From Candidatus Atelocyanobacterium thalassae (GTDB lineage: Bacteria > Cyanobacteriota > Cyanobacteriia > Cyanobacteriales > Microcystaceae), in NCBI GenBank assembly GCA_051971635.1, contig JBFPLN010000003.1:352001-416000 (forward strand): DNA of 64,000 nt, given 5' to 3'. Every line of letters begins with the position of its first letter. The first letter of the stretch is position 1. Both the position numbers and the translations under genes were made by a program. The notes below the pieces were generated by a model that saw only the letters and a list, made by a program, of their open reading frames with translations, ran no database searches and was not told the DNA's origin. Of the stretch, positions 1 to 11,369 are shown one piece after another.

Positions 1-393
1 ATAGTTATCATTACTTTAATACTTAGTTGCGATTATTACTAACTTAATTTTCTTATGAATCTAATAAAAGTAGGGATTACTCTCATATATATATATGAAC
101 CAAAATTGTCCTAATAATAATTTCATATGCCTCCTAATCTAAGTAAATAATATTGTAATTTAGTTTTCAAAAGTAGTTGCTAGATAGAGATACTTACAAT
201 TTATTAATAACAACAAATATACAATTTAGAACCTAACTTAGAATTTTTTTTCTTAGTAATTGAATTTCATGAAAATTGTATTAAGATAATAGTAGGTTAA
301 GAATACAAGTAAACTTTCTTGAAATTATAGAAGTACTAAATCATAAAAATATTTTTCTATTAGAATTGTCGCTATTTATTATGTTATCATTCG

Positions 394-1473
394 ATGCTTA
401 AACTTTTATTTTTATCAACTCCTGTAGGTCCTTTAGGATCAGGAATAGGGGGAGGCGTTGAATTAACTTTATTTAACCTTGCTAAAGAAATGAGTCGAAG
501 AGGATATCAAGTTAAAGTTATTGCCCCTCAGCAATCAAGTTTGCCTGGGATTACTTGTCAAGAAATACCAGGTACTTGGCAAGATATGGTTCAAAATTCT
601 AAGAGAGATATACCTACTATCCTCCCTCAAAATTCAGTTTTAGCTAATATGTGGGATTTTGCAAAGAAAGTAGAGGATGACTATGACCTGATAGTTAATT
701 TCGCTTTTGATTGGCTTCCACTTTATTTAACTCCTTTTTTTAATCGTACTATTGCTCATTTAATTAGTATGGGTTCTATGACCAATGCTATAGACGATAT
801 GATTCGTCAAGTGGACAAAACTTTCCCCTACACCATTGGTTTTCATACTCAGGAACAAGCAAAAACATTTTCTTTTTTAGAAAATTTCTACATTTTAGGT
901 AACGGTATAGATGTATCGTTATATAGATTTTGCAATAATCCAAGCGATTTTTTTTCCTGGATTGGTCGTATTTCTCCTGAAAAAGGCCTAGAGGATGCTA
1001 TATCAGCAGCAAAAGTTGCTAATGTAAAGCTTAAAATTTTTGGGAAAATTCAAGATATAGAGTATTGGAAAAATATTCAAATTAATTATTCAGAGGTTAG
1101 TTTTCAATATGAAGGATTTTTAAGTACAAGTAAACTACAAGAAAAAATAAGAAAAAGTAAAGCTATACTAGTAACACCAAAATGGATAGAAGCATTCGGC
1201 AATGTAGTTATCGAATCATTAGCCTGTGGAGTTCCAACTATTGCTTACAAGCGCGGCGGACCGATTGAATTAGTAAAGAACGGTGAGACAGGCTTTTTAG
1301 TAATTCCAGACAGTATTGGTGAGCTAGTTCATGCTATCAAAAATATAGAGAAAATTGATAGAAAGAAATGCCGTCATCAAGTAGAAAATAATTATTCTTT
1401 GCAAGTATTAGGTGATCGTTTTGAGCAATGGATACTAATGTTAAACAAAGTAAATAAAGTGAAAATCAGTTGA
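394..1473 (+). CDS. Glycosyltransferase family 4 (GT-B fold)
   Basis: 359 aa; GGGVE N-terminal motif, GRISPEKG, and EAFGNVVIESLACGVP (E-x7-E). Confidence 0.88.
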   Translation: MLKLLFLSTPVGPLGSGIGGGVELTLFNLAKEMSRRGYQVKVIAPQQSSLPGITCQEIPGTWQDMVQNSKRDIPTILPQNSVLANMWDFAKKVEDDYDLIVNFAFDWLPLYLTPFFNRTIAHLISMGSMTNAIDDMIRQVDKTFPYTIGFHTQEQAKTFSFLENFYILGNGIDVSLYRFCNNPSDFFSWIGRISPEKGLEDAISAAKVANVKLKIFGKIQDIEYWKNIQINYSEVSFQYEGFLSTSKLQEKIRKSKAILVTPKWIEAFGNVVIESLACGVPTIAYKRGGPIELVKNGETGFLVIPDSIGELVHAIKNIEKIDRKKCRHQVENNYSLQVLGDRFEQWILMLNKVNKVKIS

Positions 1474-1663
1474 ATTCCATATACTTAATTCATAGTTATT
1501 TACTATTAGTAGAATTTATTAATTTTTATTTTAAGAATAAATAACTAATTTTTTTATAATTTATGTAAACTAATATATTGCAAACTGATACAGTGATAGC
1601 CAGCTTTTTGTTAAACTAAGGGAAATAAGTTAAGGTCCCTTAATACTACAACAGTACATAACT

Positions 1664-3502
1664 ATGAGTAATATTATTCTTGACGTTTCTAATCTTCGTG
1701 TTAAATTTTACGTTAATGGGGAACTAAATAAAATTGCTGTAGATGGTATAAGTTTTCAGTTAGAGAGAGGAGAAATATTAGGAATTGTTGGAGAATCGGG
1801 CTCAGGTAAATCTGTCACTTCTTTAGCTATCATGGGTCTAATTCAGGGATCCGGAAAAATCACCTCAGATAGTAAAATTAAGTATCATCTAACAAAACAA
1901 AATTATATCGAAACAACCAAACTAAATTGTAAGGAATGGACGCAATACCGTGGCAAAAAGATTGCTATGATATTTCAGGAACCTATGAGTTCATTTAATC
2001 CTGTATATACAATTGGTTGTCAGCTTCTTGAAGCTATTGAACTTCATCAGAATTTAAACAAGAAAGAAGCTAAAGATAAAGCTATTGAATTATTGCAATA
2101 TGTAAAAGTTTTAGAAGACGATATTACACTAGAAAGAAATTGTCTCTCAGAAAAAATAGAAAAAAAAAAATCAACATTTAGATCAAGATTTAACTTGAAT
2201 CAGAAACAAATTAAATCGTATATAAGAAAACATAAAGAATCTTTTTTGCAACGTTATCCACATGAATTTTCAGGAGGACAGCTCCAGAGAATTATGATTG
2301 CTATGGCAATTTCTTGTAAGCCAGATATCTTAATTGCTGATGAACCTACAACAGCTCTTGATGTCACTATTCAGAAAGCTATTTTGAAATTGTTGTTAGA
2401 TTTGTGCAAGCAAAACAATATATCTATGATCTTTATTTCTCATGACTTAGGCGTTATTAATGAAGTCGCTGATAAGGTTTTAGTTATGTATAAGGGCAAA
2501 ATAGTGGAGAGAGGAGAAAAAGATCAAATTCTTTATTGTCCAAGACACGACTATACCAAAAGTCTAATAGCTTGTCTTCCCCCTCTGAGAAATAAAATAG
2601 ATAGATTGCCTATAGTTTCAAATTCTTTGCATCATAAAGAAACAATCGACCCTTTTCAACAAAATAGTTTAATCAATAGAATAATTTCAGATAAAGAAAT
2701 TGAAGACCGAGAGAAAGATGTTATCAACAGAAAAGTCTTATTATCTGTAAAAAATTTAACTGTTGAATTTAATAAAGTTAAAGTACTTAATAATATAAAT
2801 TTTGAAGTATATACAGGTGAAGTTTTAGGATTAGTTGGTGAATCTGGCTGTGGAAAATCAACTTTATCAAAAACAATTTTAAAGTTACTTAGAATAAAAC
2901 AAGGAAATATTCTATTTGATAAATACGCAATATCAGAACTTTCAAACAATAGTAATTTTTTACGAAAATTAAGAAAAGATATACAAATTATTTTTCAAAA
3001 TCCTTATAGCTCTTTGAATCCACGCTTGACTGTTGGGCAAACGATTATGGAGCCGATGATTATTCACAAAATAGAGAAAAAATATGCAAAAAGAAAAGAA
3101 GTTGCTGAGACATTACTAAAATTAGTCGGTTTAGAAGAGATAAGTTTTAAACGTTATCCTCACGAATTTTCTGGTGGTCAAAGACAAAGAATATGTATTG
3201 CTAGGGCTTTAGCATTAAACCCTCGTTTTATTATTTGTGATGAGTCAGTATCTGCTTTGGATGTTTCTATACAAGCACAAATCTTAAATCTTTTGAAAGA
3301 TATACAGCAAAAGTTTAAATTAACTTGTATTTTTATTTCCCATGATCTAAGTGTTGTGAGATTTATGAGTGATAGAATTATGGTAATGAGAAAAGGAGAA
3401 ATTGTTGAATTAGGAATAACAGAAGAAATTATTAATAACCCAAAAATAAAATATACAAAAGACCTTCTTAATTCAGTCCCACAACTTTATAAAAATAAAT
3501 AA
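1664..3502 (+). CDS. Peptide/nickel ABC transporter ATP-binding protein with two fused ATPase domains (DppD/F-like)
   Basis: Two Walker A motifs ([16 protein letters not shown]), two YPHEFSGGQ signatures, and [16 protein letters not shown] Walker B regions. Confidence 0.92.
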   Translation: MSNIILDVSNLRVKFYVNGELNKIAVDGISFQLERGEILGIVGESGSGKSVTSLAIMGLIQGSGKITSDSKIKYHLTKQNYIETTKLNCKEWTQYRGKKIAMIFQEPMSSFNPVYTIGCQLLEAIELHQNLNKKEAKDKAIELLQYVKVLEDDITLERNCLSEKIEKKKSTFRSRFNLNQKQIKSYIRKHKESFLQRYPHEFSGGQLQRIMIAMAISCKPDILIADEPTTALDVTIQKAILKLLLDLCKQNNISMIFISHDLGVINEVADKVLVMYKGKIVERGEKDQILYCPRHDYTKSLIACLPPLRNKIDRLPIVSNSLHHKETIDPFQQNSLINRIISDKEIEDREKDVINRKVLLSVKNLTVEFNKVKVLNNINFEVYTGEVLGLVGESGCGKSTLSKTILKLLRIKQGNILFDKYAISELSNNSNFLRKLRKDIQIIFQNPYSSLNPRLTVGQTIMEPMIIHKIEKKYAKRKEVAETLLKLVGLEEISFKRYPHEFSGGQRQRICIARALALNPRFIICDESVSALDVSIQAQILNLLKDIQQKFKLTCIFISHDLSVVRFMSDRIMVMRKGEIVELGITEEIINNPKIKYTKDLLNSVPQLYKNK

Positions 3503-3941
3503 TCAATTCTATTTGTTATGTAATATTGAGTTTTTTCCTAATGTAGGATGAATAGGAACTATGTTGTTCTTAATATAAATATTTTCTTTTAATAAGAAAT
3601 GTATAAGTTGGATTGTCCTTTTCAGGATTAAATCAGATTAAATTAGTATGGTTAATCTCATAAATAATATTAATCTGACTTTTTAAACATAACTCTTATT
3701 AATTAAAATACTCTACTGTACATAAATAATGAAAGCTCTTCTGAATAAAATTTAGCTGACGTAATTAGTCTGGGATATTTAATCTACAGTCACTTTTTAT
3801 ATATAAGATAATCTTGTTAGAATCTGCAAACTAAAAATATTATTTAGGTAAAATTTGGTAAGTCTAATTATTTATTAAGTAAAATATTTAAGATAGCTTT
3901 ATATTAAAATGTCTTCTCTCTAATAAATTTTTTTTAAAAAC

Positions 3942-5039
3942 ATGTTCAATAAAATTATATTTTTTTCTATAATTTCTCTCTTTTTTAGTTTCTCAGAAAC
4001 TATTACTTTTGCTTCATCTACATCGCGCTCAACCATATCACAACACTCCTTTGAAAAAAAGCTTGATGATTTATTACGTAAAGGACGAAAATATACAGAA
4101 AATAAAGACTATCAAAAAGCAATTGATACCTACAAAGAAGCATCTACTTTAGATAAAAATAACGCAAGAATATATTCTGGAATTGCTTATTTATATACAC
4201 AGCAAAGTAACTATCAAGCTGCTGCTCAGTATTATAGAAAAGCTCTTTCCATTGATTTAAGTAACGCAGACTTTTATTATGCCTTAGGTCATAGTTTAGC
4301 TAATATTGGAGATAATGATAATGCAGCTACAGCATATTATTATGCTGTACAGCTTGATCCTAAGTCTGTCAAGAGTTACATTGGTTTAGGTGTTGTACTC
4401 TTACGAAAAGAAGACTATGACGGAGCTGCTGAAGCTTATAAAGGGGTTATTGCCTTAGATCCAAATAATCCTGATATATTTTCTATCATGGGATCTTCAT
4501 TATTACAACAAAAAGAATTTAAACAAGCTATTGAATATTTAAAAAATGCAGTTAAACAGTTTCCACGTAATACTGAATTGAGGCTATTATTGGCTACTGC
4601 TTTATTACAACAAGGTCAAATTTATTCAGGGAAGGAAGAACTTAGAATAGCAGAAAAAATTGACCCTAGAAATTTAAAAATTCAATTAAAAATTGCTGGT
4701 ATATTAGAAATTCAAAATAACTTAGAAGAGGCTTTAAAAATTTACAGACGTATCTCGTATTTTAATCAAAGATCTTCAGAAGCCTATATGGGAATTGGAC
4801 GTATTCAACTAGCACAAAAAGATTTCTTAGGAGCAATTGTTACTTATACAGATTTAATTAATATTATTCCTCAAAATCCCTTATCTTATTATTATTTAGG
4901 TCTTGCCTTTAAAGAAAGAGAAAGAATTAAAGAAGCCGATAAAGCTTTAAGGCAAGCTCTTCGACTATATCAAAAATATGACAATACATATGGTATACAA
5001 AAAACTAATGAACTTTTAGGAAAGCTTAGTAAGCCTTAA
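3942..5039 (+). CDS. Tetratricopeptide-repeat protein with a signal peptide
   Basis: Hydrophobic N-terminus followed by repeated ~34-aa TPR units (YYALGHSL...AVQLDP, YIGLGVVL...ALDP). Confidence 0.88.
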   Translation: MFNKIIFFSIISLFFSFSETITFASSTSRSTISQHSFEKKLDDLLRKGRKYTENKDYQKAIDTYKEASTLDKNNARIYSGIAYLYTQQSNYQAAAQYYRKALSIDLSNADFYYALGHSLANIGDNDNAATAYYYAVQLDPKSVKSYIGLGVVLLRKEDYDGAAEAYKGVIALDPNNPDIFSIMGSSLLQQKEFKQAIEYLKNAVKQFPRNTELRLLLATALLQQGQIYSGKEELRIAEKIDPRNLKIQLKIAGILEIQNNLEEALKIYRRISYFNQRSSEAYMGIGRIQLAQKDFLGAIVTYTDLINIIPQNPLSYYYLGLAFKERERIKEADKALRQALRLYQKYDNTYGIQKTNELLGKLSKP

Positions 5040-5077
5040 TACAATAAGTACTAATGAGATTAGTGCTTATTGTATTA
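5037..5077 (+). terminator. 19-bp stem-loop starting at the TPR gene stop codon
   Basis: TAATACAATAAGTACTAAT-GAG-ATTAGTGCTTATTGTATTA, with one G-T pair. Confidence 0.65.
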
Positions 5078-5101
5078 GTCAAAATTTTCTCAATTTTAAG
5101 A

Positions 5102-5882
5102 ACAGAAATTAATGTAATAAAACTAGCTAGATTCTATTGATTTAAATTAATCTTTCGGTATAATGACTATTGCTATAAATTTATCAAACTAGCAAAAATC
5201 AGGATTGGAAAAATAATTATTACTTGCTACAGGGAGAGCCTTTTTCAACTACTAACCCTAGGATATTTAATTTTTACTATTTTTGATTTAGGCTATCCTA
5301 TCCCTGTTTTAATTATTCTTGGATCAATTACTGCTAATTGCCGCAAAAGTTACTCAAGAACATATTGATCATAAGAGAAGAAACTTTTTTTATGATCTTA
5401 GATCTTTTACTAGTTAGAAGTTTATTTATTTTAAGCTATGTTTTTTATCTAGTCATTCATCTTAAAGTTTGGTATCCTCCTTAATACATTATTTCTCTTA
5501 CCGAAATAATTTTTGGAAATACTATAAACAACGCAACTTTGTCTGGACAACATTATATTAAGAGTATTAGATATAGCCAGCACGAAATAGAAACGCATTT
5601 CTGTCTTGGATCTATTCCGAGGCAAACAGTTACTAGTTGCAAGAATGAATTTATACGCACTAATTTAATTCCTATTTAAAACCAAACGATAGTGTTAGGC
5701 ATTGTAGTTTAGGTGAAATGTTTATTGAGCAAATTTTAAAAGGATAAAATCTTCTGAATGCTTCTTCTTATCAAGTCTTAATTCTTTTTACGTTTGCTCT
5801 AACCAGTATATTAACTTCTATTCTGGTGACAGAAAGAATTAATCGGCAGTGTTTTTATGAAAATACACAACTGACAATTTAA
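5102..5882 (+). pseudogene. fetB: Decayed iron-export ABC permease FetB/YbbM (UPF0014) gene
   Basis: Manual translation across frameshifts gives GIMTIAINLSN*QKSGLEK*LLLATGRA..QLLTLGY, WYPP*YII..FGNTIN, EIETHFCLG, LIPI*NQ, and NLLNASSYQVLILF, ending at TAA 5880-5882. These match cyanobacterial FetB motifs (LLLATGR, WYxPQY, GNxMN, EIETHLSLGA, LNAASYQILI). At least 6 stops and several frameshifts. Confidence 0.82.
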
Positions 5883-5915
5883 CTTTTCATACAAAAAAAC
5901 TTAAAGAACTTAATT

Positions 5916-7103
5916 ATGTATCATATTGTCATTTTAATTATTTGTTTTTCTATAATTGCGTGGATATATTTACTATTATTTAGAGGTGGATTCTGGCTAA
6001 ATAACGAAAAAATTTATAAGATTTCTGATCATCTTGACGATTATCCTTCTGTTTGTGCAATAGTGCCTGCTAGAAATGAAGCTACAGTTATTTCTACAAG
6101 CTTAAGATCTCTTCTAGAACAAGACTATCCGGGGAACTTTTCCATTATTTTAGTTGATGATCAGAGTAATGACAATACAAAAGACATAGCTAGACAAAGT
6201 GCAGAAAGTTACAGCAACTCTAATGATTTACATGTTGTTTCTGGAGTACCTCTTATAACTAATTGGTCAGGAAAACTATGGGCAATCAAACAAGGAATTG
6301 ATAAAGCTAACCAATTAAAAGACAAGCCAGATTATTTTCTTCTAACCGATGCAGATATTAAGCACCATAAGGATAATTTGCAGGAGCTAGTTATCAAGGC
6401 GAAAAAAGAAAACCTAGTTTTAGTCTCATTAATGGTGAAATTAAAATGTAAAAGTTTATGGGAGAAACTATTAATTCCTGCATTCATATTTTTCTTTAAA
6501 AAGCTTTATCCTTTTTCCTGGGTTAATAACTATGACAAAGCAACTGCTGCTGCTGCTGGAGGTTGCATACTAATTAGTCGTTCTATTTTAGAGGAAATTG
6601 GTGGTATCGAAGTACTTAAAGAAACTTTAATTGATGATTGCTCTTTGGCAACTTTTGTCAAGAAAAAATTAAAAGATAATACAAGATATATTAATCAAGG
6701 AATTTGGTTGGGATTAAGTGAAAACACGATTAGTTTACGTTCCTACAATAGGTTGGAACCTATATGGGATATGATAGCAAGAACTGCTTATACCCAGTTA
6801 AACCATTCTCCTTTTATGTTAGTAGGAACATTAGTAGGATTGGCATTTATATATTTAATAGGGCCAATCAGCTTTGCATATGGGTTAGCAGTTCATGATA
6901 AAGCTTTAATAATCATTGGAATGATTAATTGGCTTTTAATGACAGTTGCCTATTTACCAACTGTCATACTATATAAATGTTCGCCTTTATGGGCATTAAG
7001 TTTACCATTTATAACTTCCTTGTACGCTGCAATGACTTTTGATTCAGCCTTAAGGTATTGGAAAGGGAAAGGTGGAAAATGGAAAGGTAGAACTTATAAC
7101 TAG
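5916..7103 (+). CDS. hpnB: Hopene-associated GT2 glycosyltransferase, HpnB-like
   Basis: VPARNE, VDDQS, WSGKLWA, LLTDADI, AAAAGGCIL, LIDDC, MIARTAYTQL and a C-terminal GGKWKGR. Confidence 0.8.
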   Translation: MYHIVILIICFSIIAWIYLLLFRGGFWLNNEKIYKISDHLDDYPSVCAIVPARNEATVISTSLRSLLEQDYPGNFSIILVDDQSNDNTKDIARQSAESYSNSNDLHVVSGVPLITNWSGKLWAIKQGIDKANQLKDKPDYFLLTDADIKHHKDNLQELVIKAKKENLVLVSLMVKLKCKSLWEKLLIPAFIFFFKKLYPFSWVNNYDKATAAAAGGCILISRSILEEIGGIEVLKETLIDDCSLATFVKKKLKDNTRYINQGIWLGLSENTISLRSYNRLEPIWDMIARTAYTQLNHSPFMLVGTLVGLAFIYLIGPISFAYGLAVHDKALIIIGMINWLLMTVAYLPTVILYKCSPLWALSLPFITSLYAAMTFDSALRYWKGKGGKWKGRTYN

Positions 7104-7169
7104 AAAATAAAAAATTACCTTTTCGAGAAACTTTTTATCACTGTTAACGTTAATAAAATAGTTAAAATA

Positions 7170-7242
7170 CGCGCCCTGGAGGACTTGAACCCCCGACATC
7201 AGGTTTTGGAGACCTGCGTTCTACCAACTGAACTAAGAGCGC
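7170..7242 (-). tRNA. trnW: tRNA-Trp (CCA)
   Basis: Reverse complement reads GCGCTCTTAGTTCAGTTGGTAGAACGCAGGTCTCCAAAACCTGATGTCGGGGGTTCAAGTCCTCCAGGGCGCG: cloverleaf, CCA anticodon, GTTCAA T-loop; lies downstream of rplS. Confidence 0.97.
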
Positions 7243-7337
7243 ACTGTTTGTGCCATAGTTAAATAACTTTCTACGCTTCCTAATTATAGCGTAGTTTAGT
7301 CTGACTGTGTTTAGCTATGTGCACTATTTCAAAAAAA

Positions 7338-7700
7338 TTAAATAGGACGGTCAAAACGTTGACGAATTCTAGTAGCTTTTCCTACACGGTCACGTAAGTA
7401 GTAAAGCTTAGCACGACGAACTTTTCCCCGACTAACAATTTTAATATTTGCAATACGTGGAGAATGAAGCAAGAAAACTCTTTCTACTCCAACCCCTTGA
7501 AAAGTTTTACGAACAGTAATAGTTTCATTAATACCACCATTACGCATTGCTATAACAACACCTTCATAAGGTTGGATCCTTTCTTTTCCTCCCTCTGAGA
7601 TACGTACACTGACACGAACAGAATCACCAACATTAATCTCAGGAAGATCATTCTTTAAATATTTAGATTCTATATTTTTAATAATTTCTTGGGCATTCAT
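7338..7700 (-). CDS. rplS: 50S ribosomal protein L19
   Basis: [32 protein letters not shown]. Confidence 0.98.
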   Translation of the reverse strand: MNAQEIIKNIESKYLKNDLPEINVGDSVRVSVRISEGGKERIQPYEGVVIAMRNGGINETITVRKTFQGVGVERVFLLHSPRIANIKIVSRGKVRRAKLYYLRDRVGKATRIRQRFDRPI

Positions 7701-7760
7701 AGTTTTAGTAAAAACTCACAGAATACCATAGTAATTTATTTCTTATTTAAAATCAATATA

Positions 7761-8378
7761 TTAAAATTCAATTCCTGCTTGAGCTTTAATTTTTTGCTCT
7801 TTAAACGGATGTTTTACTAAGTTCATCTCTGTTACTAGGTCAGCAATCTTTATTATTTCAGGAAGCGCATTTCTCCCTGTTAATATAACATGGGTATTTT
7901 CAGGTTTGTTTTCAAGAGCATTGACTATGGTTTGTGGTTTTAAATAACCTAACTTTAAAGCAATATTTATTTCATCAAGAAGTATTAATTGATAATTAGG
8001 ATTATTTATATAATATAAGCTTTTTTCCCATGCCTGTTCAGCTTTATGAATATCTCTTGCACGATCTTGAGTATCCCATGTAAAGCCATCTCCCATAGCA
8101 TGAAATTGAAGTTGTTTCTCAAATTTCCCTAAAATATTTTTTTCTGCAGGTTCCCAAGCGCCCTTAATAAATTGAATAATAGCTACTTGAAATCCATGTC
8201 CTAAAGAACGTAAAACCATACCTAAAGCAGCGGTCGTTTTTCCCTTGCCATTTCCCGTATTAACAATAATTAAGCCTTTTTTATTTGAGGCTTCAACGAG
8301 ACGCTTTTCTTGTACTTTCTTCCGTTGCTGCATTTTCTTCTGATATTGCTCTACAGAAAGTTTATTTTCATTTGTCAT
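7761..8378 (-). CDS. cobO: Cob(I)yrinic acid a,c-diamide adenosyltransferase (CobO/BtuR)
   Basis: TGNGKGKTTAALG P-loop, QFIKG, GFTW, LDEIN, LTGR, KHPF and AQAGIEF. ATG at 8378 is preferred because GAAAGGA lies upstream; the ORF track starts at 8396. Confidence 0.93.
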   Translation of the reverse strand: MTNENKLSVEQYQKKMQQRKKVQEKRLVEASNKKGLIIVNTGNGKGKTTAALGMVLRSLGHGFQVAIIQFIKGAWEPAEKNILGKFEKQLQFHAMGDGFTWDTQDRARDIHKAEQAWEKSLYYINNPNYQLILLDEINIALKLGYLKPQTIVNALENKPENTHVILTGRNALPEIIKIADLVTEMNLVKHPFKEQKIKAQAGIEF

Positions 8379-8986
8379 ATAATATAATCCTTTCAATTTT
8401 TTTAGATTTATCCATCATAGTTTAAGCCATAGGTACAATATTTTGTTTTACGATTTTTAAGTGTAATGATGAAGTGTTTCTCAAGAACTCTCTATTTAGC
8501 ATAGGAGTTTAATTTCTTTTTGTCAGAATAAGACATTTTTTTTAAATATTTATTCGTAGTTAAGTTGTTGGTATTTATAATCTTTTCATAAGCTTTACGG
8601 ATATTAAAAATTATACTTTTCTCATAAAATTCTCCTATCTTATATTGATAAGATACTATTGCTTTCCAAATAAGATAGATATATTGTCAAACATAATTAA
8701 CTTTATTAGGAAAGCAAATCAATTTGTAGCACCAAAAAATGGTATCTAATAAGATTCACTAAGCCTTTATTAGAAGTATTCTATAGAATAATTAAAAACT
8801 AATTAAAAAAAAAAGTCTATGTTTTTTATACATCGTATTTTATTATTTCTTAATAATTAAAAAAAAGTTTTATGGTTTTTATAGAGACATAGTAATAAAA
8901 TATCAAAGATTAACCAAAAAATTAAACTAGTTATTTTAGGTACAATCATTGATAATCAATTCATTGACTAAAAATATATAAAAAAT

Positions 8987-10873
8987 ATGTGTGGAATTAT
9001 TGGATATATTGGAACACAAACAGCAACAGAAATTCTCGTTGGTGGATTAGAACGGTTAGAGTATAGAGGATATGACTCAGCAGGGATTGCAACAGTTTTT
9101 GAAGGAAATATGTTTTGTACTAAAGCTAAAGGTAAGCTATATAATTTACGAGAAAAGTTAGAAAGAGAAAGTAATTTTGCCAAAGTTGGTATTGGTCATA
9201 CTCGTTGGGCCACACATGGGAAACCTGAAGAATATAATGCTCATCCTCACATTAACAATACAAAGCAAATAGCTGTAGTACAAAATGGTATTATTGAAAA
9301 TCATCAAGAGCTGAGAGAAAAATTAATAGATGATGGCTATCAATTTACATCACAAACTGATACTGAGGTTATACCTCATTTAATAGCTAAATATATTTCT
9401 AAAGAAATGAATTACAATAGCCTGTTAGAAGCAGTCAAAAAGGCTATTGATTGTTTGAAAGGAGCTTTTGCGATTGCTGTTATTTCTGCAGATTTTCCTG
9501 ATGAAATTATAGTGGCGAGAAACCAGGCTCCTTTAATTATTGGTTTTGGGCAAGGAGAATTTTTTTGTGCATCTGATGTAACAGCAATTGTTCCTCATAC
9601 TAATACAGTATTATCTTTAGAAAATAAAGAAATTGCTCGTCTTACACCTCTTGGAGTTGAAGTTTATAATTTTGAGTTGCAGCGTCTCAAAAAACTACCT
9701 CGTACTCTTGACTGGAACGTTGGAACAGTCGAGAAGCAAGGCTTTAGACATTTCATGCTTAAAGAAATTTATGAACAACCTTCTGTCGTGAGAAGTTGTT
9801 TAGAAAATTATTTAGATCCTAATTGGAATATAGAAGATATTTATGATAGTAGTCCTATCACATTAGGTAATGCTTCTGAGTTGTGTAGTAATGTTGATCA
9901 TATACAAATTGTAGCTTGTGGTACTAGTTGGAATGCAAGTTTAGTTGGAAAATACTTATTGGAACAGTTGGCAGGGATCCCAACAATGGTTCAGTATGCA
10001 TCAGAATTCCGTTATTTTCCATCTCCCATATTAGCGAATACCCTAACTATTGGAGTGACTCAATCAGGTGAAACAGCTGATACTTTGGCTGCATTAGAAA
10101 TGGAAAAGCAACGTAGAATGGGTTTAGAATTTCCCTATGATGCAAGAATTTTAGGTATTACGAATCGACCTGAAAGTACTTTGACTCACATGGTAGATTG
10201 TATAATCAACACTCATGCAGGTGTCGAAATTGGAGTGGCAGCAACTAAAAGTTTTGTGGCACAGTTAATGGGATTTTATTTTCTAGCGTTGGAGTTAGCA
10301 TATCGTCGTAAAACTCTAAGTTTTGAGAAAATTGAAGTACTCATTAAAGGTTTGAGAAAATTACCCAATCAAATTGAGATAATTTTAGAAAAACAAGGAG
10401 AACAAATTCAAGAACTATCTCATGACTTTTGTGATACTCAAGATTTTATTTTTTTAGGTAGAGGTATAAATTTTCCAATTGCTTTAGAAGGAGCTTTAAA
10501 GTTAAAAGAAATTAGTTATATACATGCAGAAGGCTATCCAGCAGGAGAAATGAAGCATGGACCCATAGCTTTATTAGATGCAAAAGTACCTGTCGTAGCA
10601 ATTACTATGCCTGGGATCGTACATGAAAAGGTTTTGTCTAATGCTCAAGAAGCAAGAGCAAGGGATGCACATCTAATAGGTGTTACATCTCTTGACGATA
10701 CGGAAGCTAGATCGATATTCAATAATTTATTATTTGTACCTGAAGTGGATGAAATATTATCACCTATTGTATCAGTAATACCTTTACAACTTTTGGCATA
10801 TCATATTGCTGCTAAAAGAGGTTTAGATGTCGATCAACCTCGCAACTTGGCCAAATCTGTTACTGTTGAGTAA
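8987..10873 (+). CDS. glmS: Glutamine--fructose-6-phosphate aminotransferase
   Basis: MCGIIG, LEYRGYDSAG, GHTRWATHG, EMKHGP and PRNLAKSVTVE. Confidence 0.98.
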   Translation: MCGIIGYIGTQTATEILVGGLERLEYRGYDSAGIATVFEGNMFCTKAKGKLYNLREKLERESNFAKVGIGHTRWATHGKPEEYNAHPHINNTKQIAVVQNGIIENHQELREKLIDDGYQFTSQTDTEVIPHLIAKYISKEMNYNSLLEAVKKAIDCLKGAFAIAVISADFPDEIIVARNQAPLIIGFGQGEFFCASDVTAIVPHTNTVLSLENKEIARLTPLGVEVYNFELQRLKKLPRTLDWNVGTVEKQGFRHFMLKEIYEQPSVVRSCLENYLDPNWNIEDIYDSSPITLGNASELCSNVDHIQIVACGTSWNASLVGKYLLEQLAGIPTMVQYASEFRYFPSPILANTLTIGVTQSGETADTLAALEMEKQRRMGLEFPYDARILGITNRPESTLTHMVDCIINTHAGVEIGVAATKSFVAQLMGFYFLALELAYRRKTLSFEKIEVLIKGLRKLPNQIEIILEKQGEQIQELSHDFCDTQDFIFLGRGINFPIALEGALKLKEISYIHAEGYPAGEMKHGPIALLDAKVPVVAITMPGIVHEKVLSNAQEARARDAHLIGVTSLDDTEARSIFNNLLFVPEVDEILSPIVSVIPLQLLAYHIAAKRGLDVDQPRNLAKSVTVE

Positions 10874-11369
10874 AGCTAATAACCTAAGATAAATATTTTT
10901 TATGTCTTATAACTATTCCTTCAATTTTTTATAAAAAAACAGTAATAATATAAATTGTATGTTGTTATAAATTTTTCTAAAATTGTTATAATTTCCTTGT
11001 GAGAGACAATATCAAAAGTTTGCAAAGTTTAAAAAATATTTTTCTAACAAAATAATAATAAATAGAACGTTCAGATGACTAACTTTACTTATATAGACAA
11101 GTGAAGTTATATTTTATTTAAGAAACAAGACGCTAAAAATACAGAATACTGATTTACATATCAATTTTTCTCGGTAAATAAGTAGTATTCTGTAAATTGA
11201 AGCTCGAGAAATGATTTGATATTATCATGATGTTCATTTTAAATAAAAGTACATAACAATATTTTAAAAATATGAATAGTAAAGAAATACTAGAAAAATT
11301 ATAATAATTAATCCTTTTATTAAATAAATTTACTTAATTAGTATTACATCACACAAATATTAACCAATA

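Noticed and set aside
2160..2170. A11 homopolymer as a phase-variation switch in the ABC ATPase
   Set aside because: The frame is intact, the run encodes a Lys-rich linker, and A-runs are common at this AT content.
8800..8890. Degenerate direct repeat (TAATTAAAAAAAA..GT.TATG.TTTTTATA, two copies) between cobO and glmS
   Set aside because: Low complexity and only two copies; at most a small local duplication.
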